Below are positions 10,334-19,083 of a DNA stretch of 64,000 nucleotides, in pieces. The stretch comes from Candidatus Methanoperedenaceae archaeon. Its GTDB lineage: Archaea > Halobacteriota > Methanosarcinia > Methanosarcinales > Methanoperedenaceae. The stretch covers positions 1 to 64,000 of the forward strand of contig CAVWCX010000037.1 in NCBI GenBank assembly GCA_963753595.1. The letters run 5' to 3'. The notes under the pieces are model-generated. The model was not told the DNA's origin. It was given only the letters and a program-made list of their open reading frames with translations, and searched no databases. Position 1 is the stretch's first letter, and each line of letters begins with the position of its first letter. The translations under genes were made by a program, and so were the position numbers.

Positions 10334-10643
10334 TACTCAATTCAATCTGAGTTCTAACTATTAAATACTTTAACCGGTTTTCACACCTGCAAAGAAAATC
10401 CACACATTTATCACACTAATATTAATTAAAGTGTGAGTGTTAGTGATGTTAGAATCAAGGGTCGAAGGATGGATAAAATATGAAATGTAAACACCTGGAA
10501 ATAAACTGCGTAACGCGAATCATTAACAAGGAATGTGAAGAGATCCGCGCATGTGAGTTCGGAGTTTCCTGTAATTATCAAGAGTCTGAAAAGTGTATAT
10601 TGTTTTAAATAGTATTAGAGCATAGTGATCCGTGTGATGATCT

Positions 10644-11696
10644 ATGCTATTAGAGAAATTTAAACAGGATTTGTTATTACAAAATCGAAGTAAAAAAACT
10701 ATGGTCTCCGTTTCATCTGCATTAGATGCATTGGAGAAAGAATTCAAAGTACAAATCGAAAACATAACCATTGACCAAATCAAATCATATATTTCAGGAT
10801 TACAAGCTAGAGAGTTAAGTCAAAATACAATATCACTGATCCAAAGTCAATTCATTCAGTTTTATGAATATTGCTTCAATGAAACCGATAATGAAAAATA
10901 TAGTACTTTGGCAAGAAAACTAAGAAGGATTAAAATAGGTAGGGTAAGAAAAGACCTCAAGCCAAGCGATATTTTGTTACCGGAAGAAATCAAGAAATTA
11001 ATTAATGTGGCTACACTTGAACGAGACCGTTGTATTGTAGCCTCTTTTTATGAGTCAGGGATGCGGATAGGAGAGGGACTTGCATTAGATGTTGATATGA
11101 TACAGCTTGATGAAGTAAAACAAGAGGTTACTTTCCATATACCCAATATCGAAGGATGCAAGACAGGTGCGCGCTCTGTTGTTTGCCTTGAGATATACGG
11201 ATATGTCCAGGATTGGCTTAAATGCAATCCTTCAAAGAAATTCATACCGATGCATCAGAATGGAGTACGAAAAGCTGTTGCTCTGCTATTTAAAAAGGCA
11301 GGAATAAATAAACCGCATAATATGCATCATTTTAGACATTCAGCCATAACCCATGCAGCAGGGCTTAACATGAGCGAAACCCAGCTATCTTATAGATTTT
11401 GGGGAATACCTCACAGCAACATGTTAAGCGTTTATATCCATCTTAATGAGCAATTAAAGAGCAGCGGATACAGAGACGCTAAGGGCATGGGTGAGGGCAA
11501 CGGCAAGACAGTAATAAACCCGCTGGCTTCACGGTGCTGCGAATGTGGCCGCTTGATTCAAAGCGGTTCATTGTGTAAGCAATGCACTGAAATTAAAGAA
11601 CTCAAAGAACGCAATACAGTGATGATGAAGGACATGGAGAAGATCCAAAAGTTTATTGAGATGGGCGGAATGGAGCTATTGAAAAAGAGCGGTTAA
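10644..11696 (+). CDS. Tyrosine recombinase/integrase with C-terminal Zn ribbon
   Basis: ESGMRIGE (R), KTG (K), HHFRH, WG, VY (Y); CCECG..CKQC. Confidence 0.93.
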   Translation: MLLEKFKQDLLLQNRSKKTMVSVSSALDALEKEFKVQIENITIDQIKSYISGLQARELSQNTISLIQSQFIQFYEYCFNETDNEKYSTLARKLRRIKIGRVRKDLKPSDILLPEEIKKLINVATLERDRCIVASFYESGMRIGEGLALDVDMIQLDEVKQEVTFHIPNIEGCKTGARSVVCLEIYGYVQDWLKCNPSKKFIPMHQNGVRKAVALLFKKAGINKPHNMHHFRHSAITHAAGLNMSETQLSYRFWGIPHSNMLSVYIHLNEQLKSSGYRDAKGMGEGNGKTVINPLASRCCECGRLIQSGSLCKQCTEIKELKERNTVMMKDMEKIQKFIEMGGMELLKKSG

Positions 11697-12242
11697 AACT
11701 TTGCGAAGTCTCTTTTCGACTATCATCTTTTCTATATCGCTACGCAAATTATATAAATCCAGAATAATAGTTACTGCTTCTTTCATTTTTTTATGTGATA
11801 TGTCATAGCTGGGTTGATACCGGGTCTTGAGGTCTTGCTTATGTACATTTGTATAAATTAGGGGAGTACCTTCTCTTTTTTTTATTTTTCTGTTTTCATC
11901 TTTTGCGAAACGTTGTTTTTGTACACGGCAGACTAACCCTACAGCATCTCGAAGGTCTCCGTTACCATTAAACTCAATTATCTTTTTAATATCATGTATA
12001 TCCAAGACTTGCGAAGGTTGAGCTTTGATATGATTATCCCACGCAGTTAGGCGATCATTTAACGGTTTGGATTGGTCTGCGTATGGACACGATAATATGA
12101 AAGCCTCTAACTCTTTTCGTGTCTTTATTTGACCTGTAAGTTCTATTGAAAAAGCAGGATAATATTCTTGTGGTAGCTCATATAAATAGGCTATTGCATC
12201 CGATTTAGTTTTTATCTCCAGAATTTTATATGAATTTGGCAT
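11676..12242 (-). CDS. Hypothetical protein in the repressor position of the element
   Basis: 188-aa ORF, convergent on the integrase and divergent from the RHH gene. Confidence 0.65.
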   Translation of the reverse strand: MPNSYKILEIKTKSDAIAYLYELPQEYYPAFSIELTGQIKTRKELEAFILSCPYADQSKPLNDRLTAWDNHIKAQPSQVLDIHDIKKIIEFNGNGDLRDAVGLVCRVQKQRFAKDENRKIKKREGTPLIYTNVHKQDLKTRYQPSYDISHKKMKEAVTIILDLYNLRSDIEKMIVEKRLRKVLTALFQ

Positions 12243-12291
12243 GTACGAGTTCTAAAGTCGTATATCGTCATACATCGATATATCACTTTGT

Positions 12292-12453
12292 ATGACTCGT
12301 CAAATAAGTATAAAAGACACTCTTTATGAGAGACTTAGCGAGATTAAGGGCGATCGCTCTTTTTCTTACGCTATTGAATCGCTAATAGAAAAGAATGCAC
12401 CGGTCGAACCTGCCAGGACTCAGACCGATGCACGCCAGCCACAGACCGATTAA
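12292..12453 (+). CDS. Ribbon-helix-helix DNA-binding protein (VapB/CopG-like), 53 aa
   Basis: Manual translation MTRQISIKDTLYERLSEIKGDRSFSYAIESLIEK.. Confidence 0.75.
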   Translation: MTRQISIKDTLYERLSEIKGDRSFSYAIESLIEKNAPVEPARTQTDARQPQTD

Positions 12454-12468
12454 GGAGAGTGGGCCAGC

Positions 12469-12636
12469 ATGAACCCTAATGATGAACTTAGCCTTAAAAA
12501 TGACCCCTATAGATGGGCTTCCTGGGAGTTCCAGCACGACGAGAACTATTGGCAGGACAGGGTTAAGAATGGTCAAGGACTGATCCAGCAGATTGCCAGC
12601 TTTGTAATGAAGCATGGACAGGCAGGGAAACCATGA
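12469..12636 (+). CDS. Small hypothetical protein, 55 aa
   Basis: MNPNDELSLKNDPYRWASWEF..; AGGAGAG upstream; ATGA overlap with the next gene. Confidence 0.65.
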   Translation: MNPNDELSLKNDPYRWASWEFQHDENYWQDRVKNGQGLIQQIASFVMKHGQAGKP

Positions 12637-12842
12637 AAAAAGAGGATGAAGGGGATAGCAACCACGTCAGGGGAACGAATCACACGCCTGGGAAGGTTGC
12701 TTCACTTTTGAATATGGACTCCGTTGTATATAAACATTTTTGTAGCCTTTGCAGAACTTTGGGAATAATTCCCTATTGTGATACCTGCGCATACCGTTTA
12801 TTATTATCGAATGATTTTAATATATCAGGGCAGGGCATCTAA
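12633..12842 (+). CDS. Small putative Zn-binding protein
   Basis: HFCSLC..CDTC; coupled to the upstream ORF. Confidence 0.55.
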   Translation: MKKEDEGDSNHVRGTNHTPGKVASLLNMDSVVYKHFCSLCRTLGIIPYCDTCAYRLLLSNDFNISGQGI

Positions 12843-12845
12843 ATT

Positions 12846-13025
12846 ATGGCAATCATCCGATGTCATGAATGCGGAAAGACTTTTGAGCGGAATACCTGGG
12901 ATGAGGCGAAACTTGCTTTGTCAGGTCACGTCATGTCAAGGCGTGACCACTATAATAAGAGATGGGCAAAAGGCGTCTTGTTAGGCGCAAATGTCGGATC
13001 GGGTCTTTGGGGGGATCATAAATGA
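12846..13025 (+). CDS. C2H2-type zinc-finger protein, 59 aa
   Basis: MAIIRCHECGKTF..LSGHVMSRRDH..; its stop overlaps the helicase ATG (ATGA). Confidence 0.7.
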   Translation: MAIIRCHECGKTFERNTWDEAKLALSGHVMSRRDHYNKRWAKGVLLGANVGSGLWGDHK

Positions 13026-14572
13026 GCAAAGCAACCGAGCAGCGCATACCAGCATGGAAACCGTCGAGAATCATAAATGAAACCGAAGATCCCACTGCTA
13101 AGAATAAAGCGAAAGAAAAAGAAGAAATGAAGGCCAGATTACTTAAAGAAGTTGAAAAGGATAAAAAAGCTGTAAAAGATGCTATCGAAAAGGGTATAAT
13201 CGGAGCTTATCGGAATAACATGGAATTAGCCGAAGAATTCCAGAAAATAACTCCCGTATATTTTGACATATCTAAGAATTTTTGGATATGGAATAGTAAG
13301 GAAAATTACTATATCCGATGTGATGAAACGGATATCCTTTCAAATCTTCATATCAAATCCGGTGAACAGGTATGGGATAATAAGAAAAAAGGGGAGATAT
13401 TGGAATGTATCAAGATCACAGGGAGACGGCGAGAGGTTAAAGAATGTGGCAAGACCTGGATTCATACCCTTAGCGGGATTGTGGATTATGTAACAGGGGA
13501 AAGAATAAAAGGTGGTCCTGAATATTTTCTAACAAGTCCAATCCCTCATAAGATCGGAAGCAGTGACAGCACACCAACAATAGATAAACTATTCACGGAC
13601 TGGTTAGGAGATAGAAGGCAAATCCTCTATGAATGGTTAGCCTATAATTTGGTAGATGCCTATCCTATGCACAGGATATTTATCTTATTCGGAAGTGGGC
13701 GAAATGGGAAAAGCCAATATGCAGAACTTCTAACAAGGTTTATAGGAAAAAAGAATACAACCGCAACCGAATTAGAAAAGGTAATAGAGAGCCGCTTTGA
13801 GGCATCTAAATTATATCGAAAGAAAAGCGCATTGATAGGGGAAACTGATTTTACCGCGATAAAAAGTAGTGCACGAATAAAAGCGATTTGTGGCGGTGAT
13901 ATGCTCACTGTAGAGTTTAAGAATAAAGACCCTTTTGATATGTGGAATACTGCAAAGCTTACTGTCCTCACGAACAGTATCCCCGAATCCCTGGATAAAA
14001 CAGAGGCGTTCTATTCAAGATGTATTATTGAAGAATTCAAAAATAGGTTTGATGAAGGTAAGCCCGTTATTGATTTAATCTCTGAATCAGAATATGAGAA
14101 CCTATTAAACAAGTGTTTAAAAATTCTCCCTGGTCTTATGGAAATAGGCAAATTCACAAATGAAGGTACAATTGAACAAAAAGCCAAAAAGTATGAAAGA
14201 TTATCAAATCCATTTCCAACATTCAAGAATAAGGAATTAATAGAGGACTGTAATGCACAAATTCCGGTATGGCTTATAAGAGATTTGTATAATTCGTTTT
14301 GTGCTACAAATGGCTTCCGAAAAATTGGAGATCGTGAGTTTACACAGTTATTAAAAAAGGAAGGTTACGAAACAAAAAGAACATGGTACGGTAAGAAAAA
14401 CTGGAATACCGTATATGGTTTGACCACAAAAGAACTCTTTATTTATGAAGACAGCCAAACAGAAAATAAACCAGATGAACCAGATGAACTAGATGTTTCA
14501 ACTGATTCTCTATATAGAAATCTAAATGAAACATCTGGTTCAAGTGGTTCAAGTGGTTCAAAACAGAACTAA
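13022..14572 (+). CDS. D5/P4-like superfamily 3 helicase (replication protein; no evident primase domain)
   Basis: GSGRNGKS Walker A, IGE, KAICGGD..VEFKNKD, TNSIP, FYSR, C-terminal wHTH. Confidence 0.9.
   Translation: MSKATEQRIPAWKPSRIINETEDPTAKNKAKEKEEMKARLLKEVEKDKKAVKDAIEKGIIGAYRNNMELAEEFQKITPVYFDISKNFWIWNSKENYYIRCDETDILSNLHIKSGEQVWDNKKKGEILECIKITGRRREVKECGKTWIHTLSGIVDYVTGERIKGGPEYFLTSPIPHKIGSSDSTPTIDKLFTDWLGDRRQILYEWLAYNLVDAYPMHRIFILFGSGRNGKSQYAELLTRFIGKKNTTATELEKVIESRFEASKLYRKKSALIGETDFTAIKSSARIKAICGGDMLTVEFKNKDPFDMWNTAKLTVLTNSIPESLDKTEAFYSRCIIEEFKNRFDEGKPVIDLISESEYENLLNKCLKILPGLMEIGKFTNEGTIEQKAKKYERLSNPFPTFKNKELIEDCNAQIPVWLIRDLYNSFCATNGFRKIGDREFTQLLKKEGYETKRTWYGKKNWNTVYGLTTKELFIYEDSQTENKPDEPDELDVSTDSLYRNLNETSGSSGSSGSKQN
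14469..14558. repeat. Inverted iteron array (putative element origin) inside the helicase 3' end
   Basis: AACCAGATG x2 plus AACTAGATG-TTTCA, then TGAAA-CATCTGGTT plus CAAGTGGTT x2, around an AT-rich spacer. Confidence 0.75.
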
Positions 14573-15026
14573 CTAATATGCTCTTGAAGGCAAGGGGAAC
14601 TAAGGTCATAAATAGATCAAATATCGTTGAATTTTCTATGGAATTCTGCAGCATATAAACCACAATGGCAAAGTCACGGAAAATCAGATTATTACACACC
14701 TTTAGAAATCCAGAGTGTAGCCTCAAAAATATTTGGTATTACTCAGAGACGTAACAGGGCAATTTTGACAGGTATTTTTCAAAATTCATACTTTTTTGAA
14801 TCTCACATAGAATCGTAAATGGTGAACATAGAAACAAATAGCATTTCACTTTATACAAAGTTATACAAGGTTATCACATTTCTATTCATTTCTATTGTGT
14901 TATGAATTTCTTTTATGTGTTATTTTAAGGTTATTTCTATGTTGAATAGGGAAAAAGTATATATTATCAGTAGTTTAACTGTAAATCAGTAGATAAATAG
15001 TAAATTCAGTAAAATGAGGATAAATC

Positions 15027-15370
15027 ATGTATAAGCCAAAAGTGACCAAAGACGATTTTTGCGCTGGTTCTCCGAGCACCCGACTGCGAGCATAGATGAT
15101 ATTTGCGATACTTTCGATGTCTCGATGTTATGTGCTTACCAAAAACGCAAACAGTACTTCTCCGAGCACCGCTACGATCCTAACAGCGCAAAGATAGGAG
15201 CTCAAATCTATAAAGAGGGTGTAGATCATGGAATCCTAATCGGGAGCGGATTAGGTGTACTTATCGGGGATTTAGCAAAATCAAAAGGCGTTGGCGTTTC
15301 CGACCTCATACAAAAGTTTGCGGAATGGATAAAACCAACACCAACAGCAGAGCCAGCAGGGAGCGGATAA
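15027..15370 (+). CDS. Hypothetical protein (true start probably 15027, with a 1-nt deletion in a T-run at ~15058)
   Basis: GAGGA plus ATG gives MYKPKVTKDDF, which joins LRWFSEHPTASIDDIC if T5 is read as T6. Confidence 0.55.
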
Positions 15371-15371
15371 G

Positions 15372-15998
15372 ATGGACGAGCTACCTTTACCTGCAAAGCT
15401 ACCAGTAGAAGAACCGCCCCAGCTTCCGGCAGGTATGATCGAACAAATCGATAAATATCTTGGTAATCCTTTGTTTCAAATTGCGGCAAAATCACACGCT
15501 GAAGACATCTGACAATTTATAAAATCAAATTCGGGAGAGTTTGAAGAGCTTGTTTATGAGTATATAAAAGGAAAATATATTAATATTTATAATATTATCA
15601 AACCGGAAGAGGTCACAAAAGAAGAGCCGGAGAGTGAGGATCAGGACGAAGTAGAAGAGCCGCTTATCAAGCCAGTCCCACAAGCAGCAATCACTTATGA
15701 AATTCTGGAGCTTCACAAAGAACTATACACACCTTCCGAGATTGCAGACTTTTTATCTGAAAAATATGATATTAATCTTTATCCGATGCATGTCGGTAGT
15801 GTCATAAAAAAAGCACAGGCATTAGCAGCACAAAAACCAAAGGATGAACCAGAGATCTAACAGGTTATCCAGGCAAATCCAGCCGGTCAAGTGGTCACGA
15901 TGCCAGCACAAACTGTCACGCCAGCACCTAAGCTTTTAGATCCTGATATGCTGCTAGTCGTAAGTTCCGCTGCAGGTCTTATTAATTATCTGGAATAA
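15372..15998 (+). pseudogene. Acidic protein with an HTH-like segment, two in-frame stops
   Basis: Continuous frame MDELPLPAK..; TGA at 15510 and TAA at 15858; segment ILELHKELYTPSEIADFLSEKY. Confidence 0.7.
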
Positions 15999-16073
15999 TA
16001 TTAAAATATATGTATTAATGTCAATTGCAGGATTGGCAGGATACTTATTAAAATGATAATGAGGTAATTAATT

Positions 16074-16293
16074 ATGAAAGAAACACCACAATCAAAACTA
16101 AAAGCAACGATGAAAGAAAGCGCAACGGAGCGCAGCAGGCGCTTTTATGAAAACTTCTGTACGTGCATATTTAACAGAGCACCCAGAGATTAAAACCTTT
16201 GACGATTTGTTAAAAACGATAGCAAACGAGGCTAAAGCAGCACTTGATGAGCACCCAGAAAGATATTTAACGCAAGAACAAATAACAAAATAA
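16074..16293 (+). pseudogene. Small helical protein, frameshifted
   Basis: GAGGT upstream; MKETPQSKLKATMKESAT then +1 frame AAGAFMKTSVRAYLTEHPEIKTFDDLL..*. Confidence 0.45.
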
Positions 16294-16309
16294 AAGGAGA
16301 TAAATAAAT

Positions 16310-16610
16310 ATGTCAATAAGAACAAGAAACGGACGACCAATGACCGAAGCAGAGATAGCGAGAGAAGCAGAACTGGAGAGCTAGGACGACAACGAAAAGC
16401 AGTTATGGACGCGCACGGATCCATTTTTAATAAGGCAGCGGTTGGAGGCTGAACAGTTAGAGAGAGATCTAGGGGCGACTATGCGCATTCTGATCCGCGC
16501 TATACCCCACCGCCTGAGAGAACTTTGGACAAAAGCAGGCAGTAGCGGCCTATCCTAAAACTGAAAGGCAAAAGCAGTTGATGCGTGAAATGGGGATATA
16601 TGTAGAATGA
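16310..16610 (+). pseudogene. Degraded gene (in-frame TAG at 16382, later frameshifts)
   Basis: AGGAG upstream; MSIRTRNGRPMTEAEIAREAELES*DDNEKQLWTRTDP.. Confidence 0.45.
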
Positions 16611-16715
16611 AAGACCAGCACGCTAAGGCTGAAAGCCCGTCCGATTTTTAAGCCTCATCGAAGATTTCGAGTATATCGAGACGCACCAGAGCCGAAGAAC
16701 CGGAAAAGGTAAAAT

Positions 16716-17159
16716 ATGGATTTGCTCAGCCTTTTGACTATTCCAAACTGGATAGACCAAATCCTATATATCCGAAAGCAAAGGGCAAGTATCGCAGATT
16801 TACCGCTATTCATCAGGTTTGAGAACAGCATAACTAACCCTGATCCTGATTGTGACTATTACCGCTCAGGATTCAGGCAGACAAGCCAGAATTTAATATC
16901 CTCATGCGCTTATGTTAATACCTTTGATGATGGGATAGAAATCGTTTTGAGGTATCCCCGGTTAGTGTGTCAATACATGCCTCATAGAAAATGTCCTTTC
17001 GATGACGTCCAGGCAACAGTTTTACTTTTGAATCATGAGATAATGCATGCAGTGTTCATGAGTTGGGATACTATAGAGGGAAATATATTGAATATAAAGT
17101 GGGATCACATTAACAAGCTCATGAATGAAATTCTTCCGGATACTTACTGCGAATGTTAA
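16716..17159 (+). CDS. HExxH putative zinc metallopeptidase
   Basis: LLLNHEIMHAV preceded by a beta-strand segment (AYVNTFDDGIEIVL). Confidence 0.55.
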   Translation: MDLLSLLTIPNWIDQILYIRKQRASIADLPLFIRFENSITNPDPDCDYYRSGFRQTSQNLISSCAYVNTFDDGIEIVLRYPRLVCQYMPHRKCPFDDVQATVLLLNHEIMHAVFMSWDTIEGNILNIKWDHINKLMNEILPDTYCEC

Positions 17160-17266
17160 GCAGGACCGCTTTAGAACTGATGCGTTCAGTCTTGAGAGAA
17201 AAGAGGAGGGCATATAAGGAGTAAACACTAAATGGATGATACAGCGAGCTAAAGAGGGATATAAAA

Positions 17267-17503
17267 GTGCTTAATGATAATCAGATAGAACTAATTGTTT
17301 CGCTATATGATACCCCAAAAACTACATGGGATATCCTGTATCTAATTCGACAAGTTGAACAAACAGGCGGATATACAGCACCACAAAGAGTAATATGTGA
17401 TGCTTTGCGTGATAGACTTCTATTGGTTGATAGTATTGAACCAGATAATACAATTATGATCAGCCGCAGAGTGGGGAGAGCATGTTTGGAAGGAATTGTA
17501 TGA
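17267..17503 (+). CDS. Hypothetical protein, possibly winged-helix
   Basis: 78-aa ORF with GTG start and GAGGG upstream. Confidence 0.5.
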   Translation: MLNDNQIELIVSLYDTPKTTWDILYLIRQVEQTGGYTAPQRVICDALRDRLLLVDSIEPDNTIMISRRVGRACLEGIV

Positions 17504-18277
17504 ATAGTGATAAACCCCCCTTAGATAAGCTTGAATCTAAAAAAGGAGTAAAGCATGAGTTTACACAAGAAGAAATATTTCAAGGTAAGTAAGATCGAAG
17601 GAGAACTACCAGACTAAAAAAACGATTGATAGAAGTTGAGAAACAAAAGGAAACTAGCAGAGACAAGCAGTATCTCTATAGAGGTATAGTGCAATATCTG
17701 CCACGATAGGTACCAACATATCAAAAACTCTCTGATGCTAGATATAGAATATAAGAAGTATAAATATGCTTAAATATAGGAAGAAGTGTGAGCAATGTAA
17801 AACAATGGTTAAGGTGAAAAAAGAAAAAAATGGCAAACATAAAGAAATACTCACAATCGAATCCCCCAAAATGTAAAGTAACCCTCAGGATGCGATATGA
17901 GGCACGAACACACATAAGCCATCCACCTTGAATAGGCAATAACAAAGGGATAATGCCAGGTATGCCTTATCACTAAATTAACTCATTGAAGTGGTCAAAG
18001 CCAGACCGGGAGAAGTCACACTCATCACTCCAACATATAACATAAATTTACACATTTACAAAGTAAACTCATGGTTTTAGTTATATAATAGTGAATGGAT
18101 ATTTAAAAGAAGGATTTATAATGCTCTGATTTTTAGACATAAAATAAGCTTAAATATGCTATGGTGTTAACGATAGCATTTTATGTAATATACATTAATA
18201 TAATGTAATTATCAAAATATACAAATATCAAATCAATCTTAATTTTCCTGTATCAGCTACGTTTTCGCGACATGTAT

Positions 18278-18304
18278 CGCCGTTCACAACGGCGTCTCCT
18301 TTTT
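18278..18304 (+). terminator. Hairpin followed by a T-tract near the right end of the element
   Basis: CGCCGTT-CAC-AACGGCG then TCTCCTTTTT. Confidence 0.4.
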
Positions 18305-18363
18305 ATCAGAAAAAGTTAGAAACCTCTAAATATCATTAATGTTCAAGAGGGGCGGGTGATTTA

Positions 18364-18867
18364 ATGGTACATATACTTAGAAGCATGATTGGAGAAGCGC
18401 TTGTGGGCGATGGTAATGAAATTGCACACATCGATCTTGTAATAGGGCCTAGAGGTGGTCCGGTTGAGACAGCGTTTATGAACTCGCTTGCGATGCCAAG
18501 GGAAGGACATACGCCGCTTCTTGCGGTGCTGGAACCGAATCTCCAGCCAAAACCCTGTACATTGATGATAAACAAAGTTACCATAAAGAATGCGAACCAG
18601 GCCGTATTAATGTTCGGGGCCGGGCAGGCGGCTGTGGCAAAAGCGGTAATTGACAGTGTGGAGGAAGGAGTAATTGCAAAGAGTGACGCAGAAGACCTCT
18701 TGATAATAGTTTCAGTATTCATCCACTGGGAAGCTAAAGATAAGCAAAAAATATACGATTTCAATTACGAAGCGACAAAGCTGGCAATAAAACGGGCAAT
18801 AGCAAGTGAACCTTCTGTGGGAGAAGCTCTTTCGCGAAAGGATAAAGCGAACCATCCATTCGCATGA
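18364..18867 (+). CDS. fae: Formaldehyde-activating enzyme
   Basis: IGEALVGDGNEIAHIDL, GHTPLLAV, MFGAGQAAVAKAV, VFIHWEA. Confidence 0.95.
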   Translation: MVHILRSMIGEALVGDGNEIAHIDLVIGPRGGPVETAFMNSLAMPREGHTPLLAVLEPNLQPKPCTLMINKVTIKNANQAVLMFGAGQAAVAKAVIDSVEEGVIAKSDAEDLLIIVSVFIHWEAKDKQKIYDFNYEATKLAIKRAIASEPSVGEALSRKDKANHPFA

Positions 18868-19083
18868 ATAACCTTTGTGGCAAAATTGCCACTCTTTTTT
18901 TAATATTAACAATCAGGTTGAGAGATTAGATTTAAGTTTTGATGCAATATTAGTTATCTTGATCGCAATTATTTTCCTCATGCTTGCTTCGATCTTTTTT
19001 AGCCTGTCTGACCTTAAACAGCAAAAGGTAAATATGTTGTGTTATAATTTAAGCCAGTCTTAATTTGTCGAAAGGAGATTCCC

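Larger units (their letters stand above)
10170..18300. mobile_element. Decaying integrative element (integrase plus SF3 helicase replicon; plasmid- or satellite-like); boundaries approximate
   Basis: Lies between hisS and fae; contains an att core, tyrosine integrase, RHH and Zn-finger micro-ORFs, a D5-like helicase and broken cargo genes; AT-richer than the flanks. Confidence 0.85.

Noticed and set aside
12778-12984. 68-aa ORF from the track
   Set aside because: The overlapping frame 12846..13025 has a C2H2 motif and is coupled to the helicase, so it is the better call
14469-14558. CRISPR array
   Set aside because: 9-bp abutting units with no spacers; no cas genes in the window
15372-16610. 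Alternative genetic code in the element
   Set aside because: The interrupting stops are TGA, TAA and TAG together with frameshifts, which fits decay rather than reassignment of one codon
18240-18340. Full tRNA or second att copy at the right end of the element
   Set aside because: No cloverleaf and no match to the 10315-10333 core; only a short hairpin
18875-19063. 62-aa hydrophobic ORF between fae and secF
   Set aside because: No RBS, weak start, and it overlaps the probable secF promoter; not supportable
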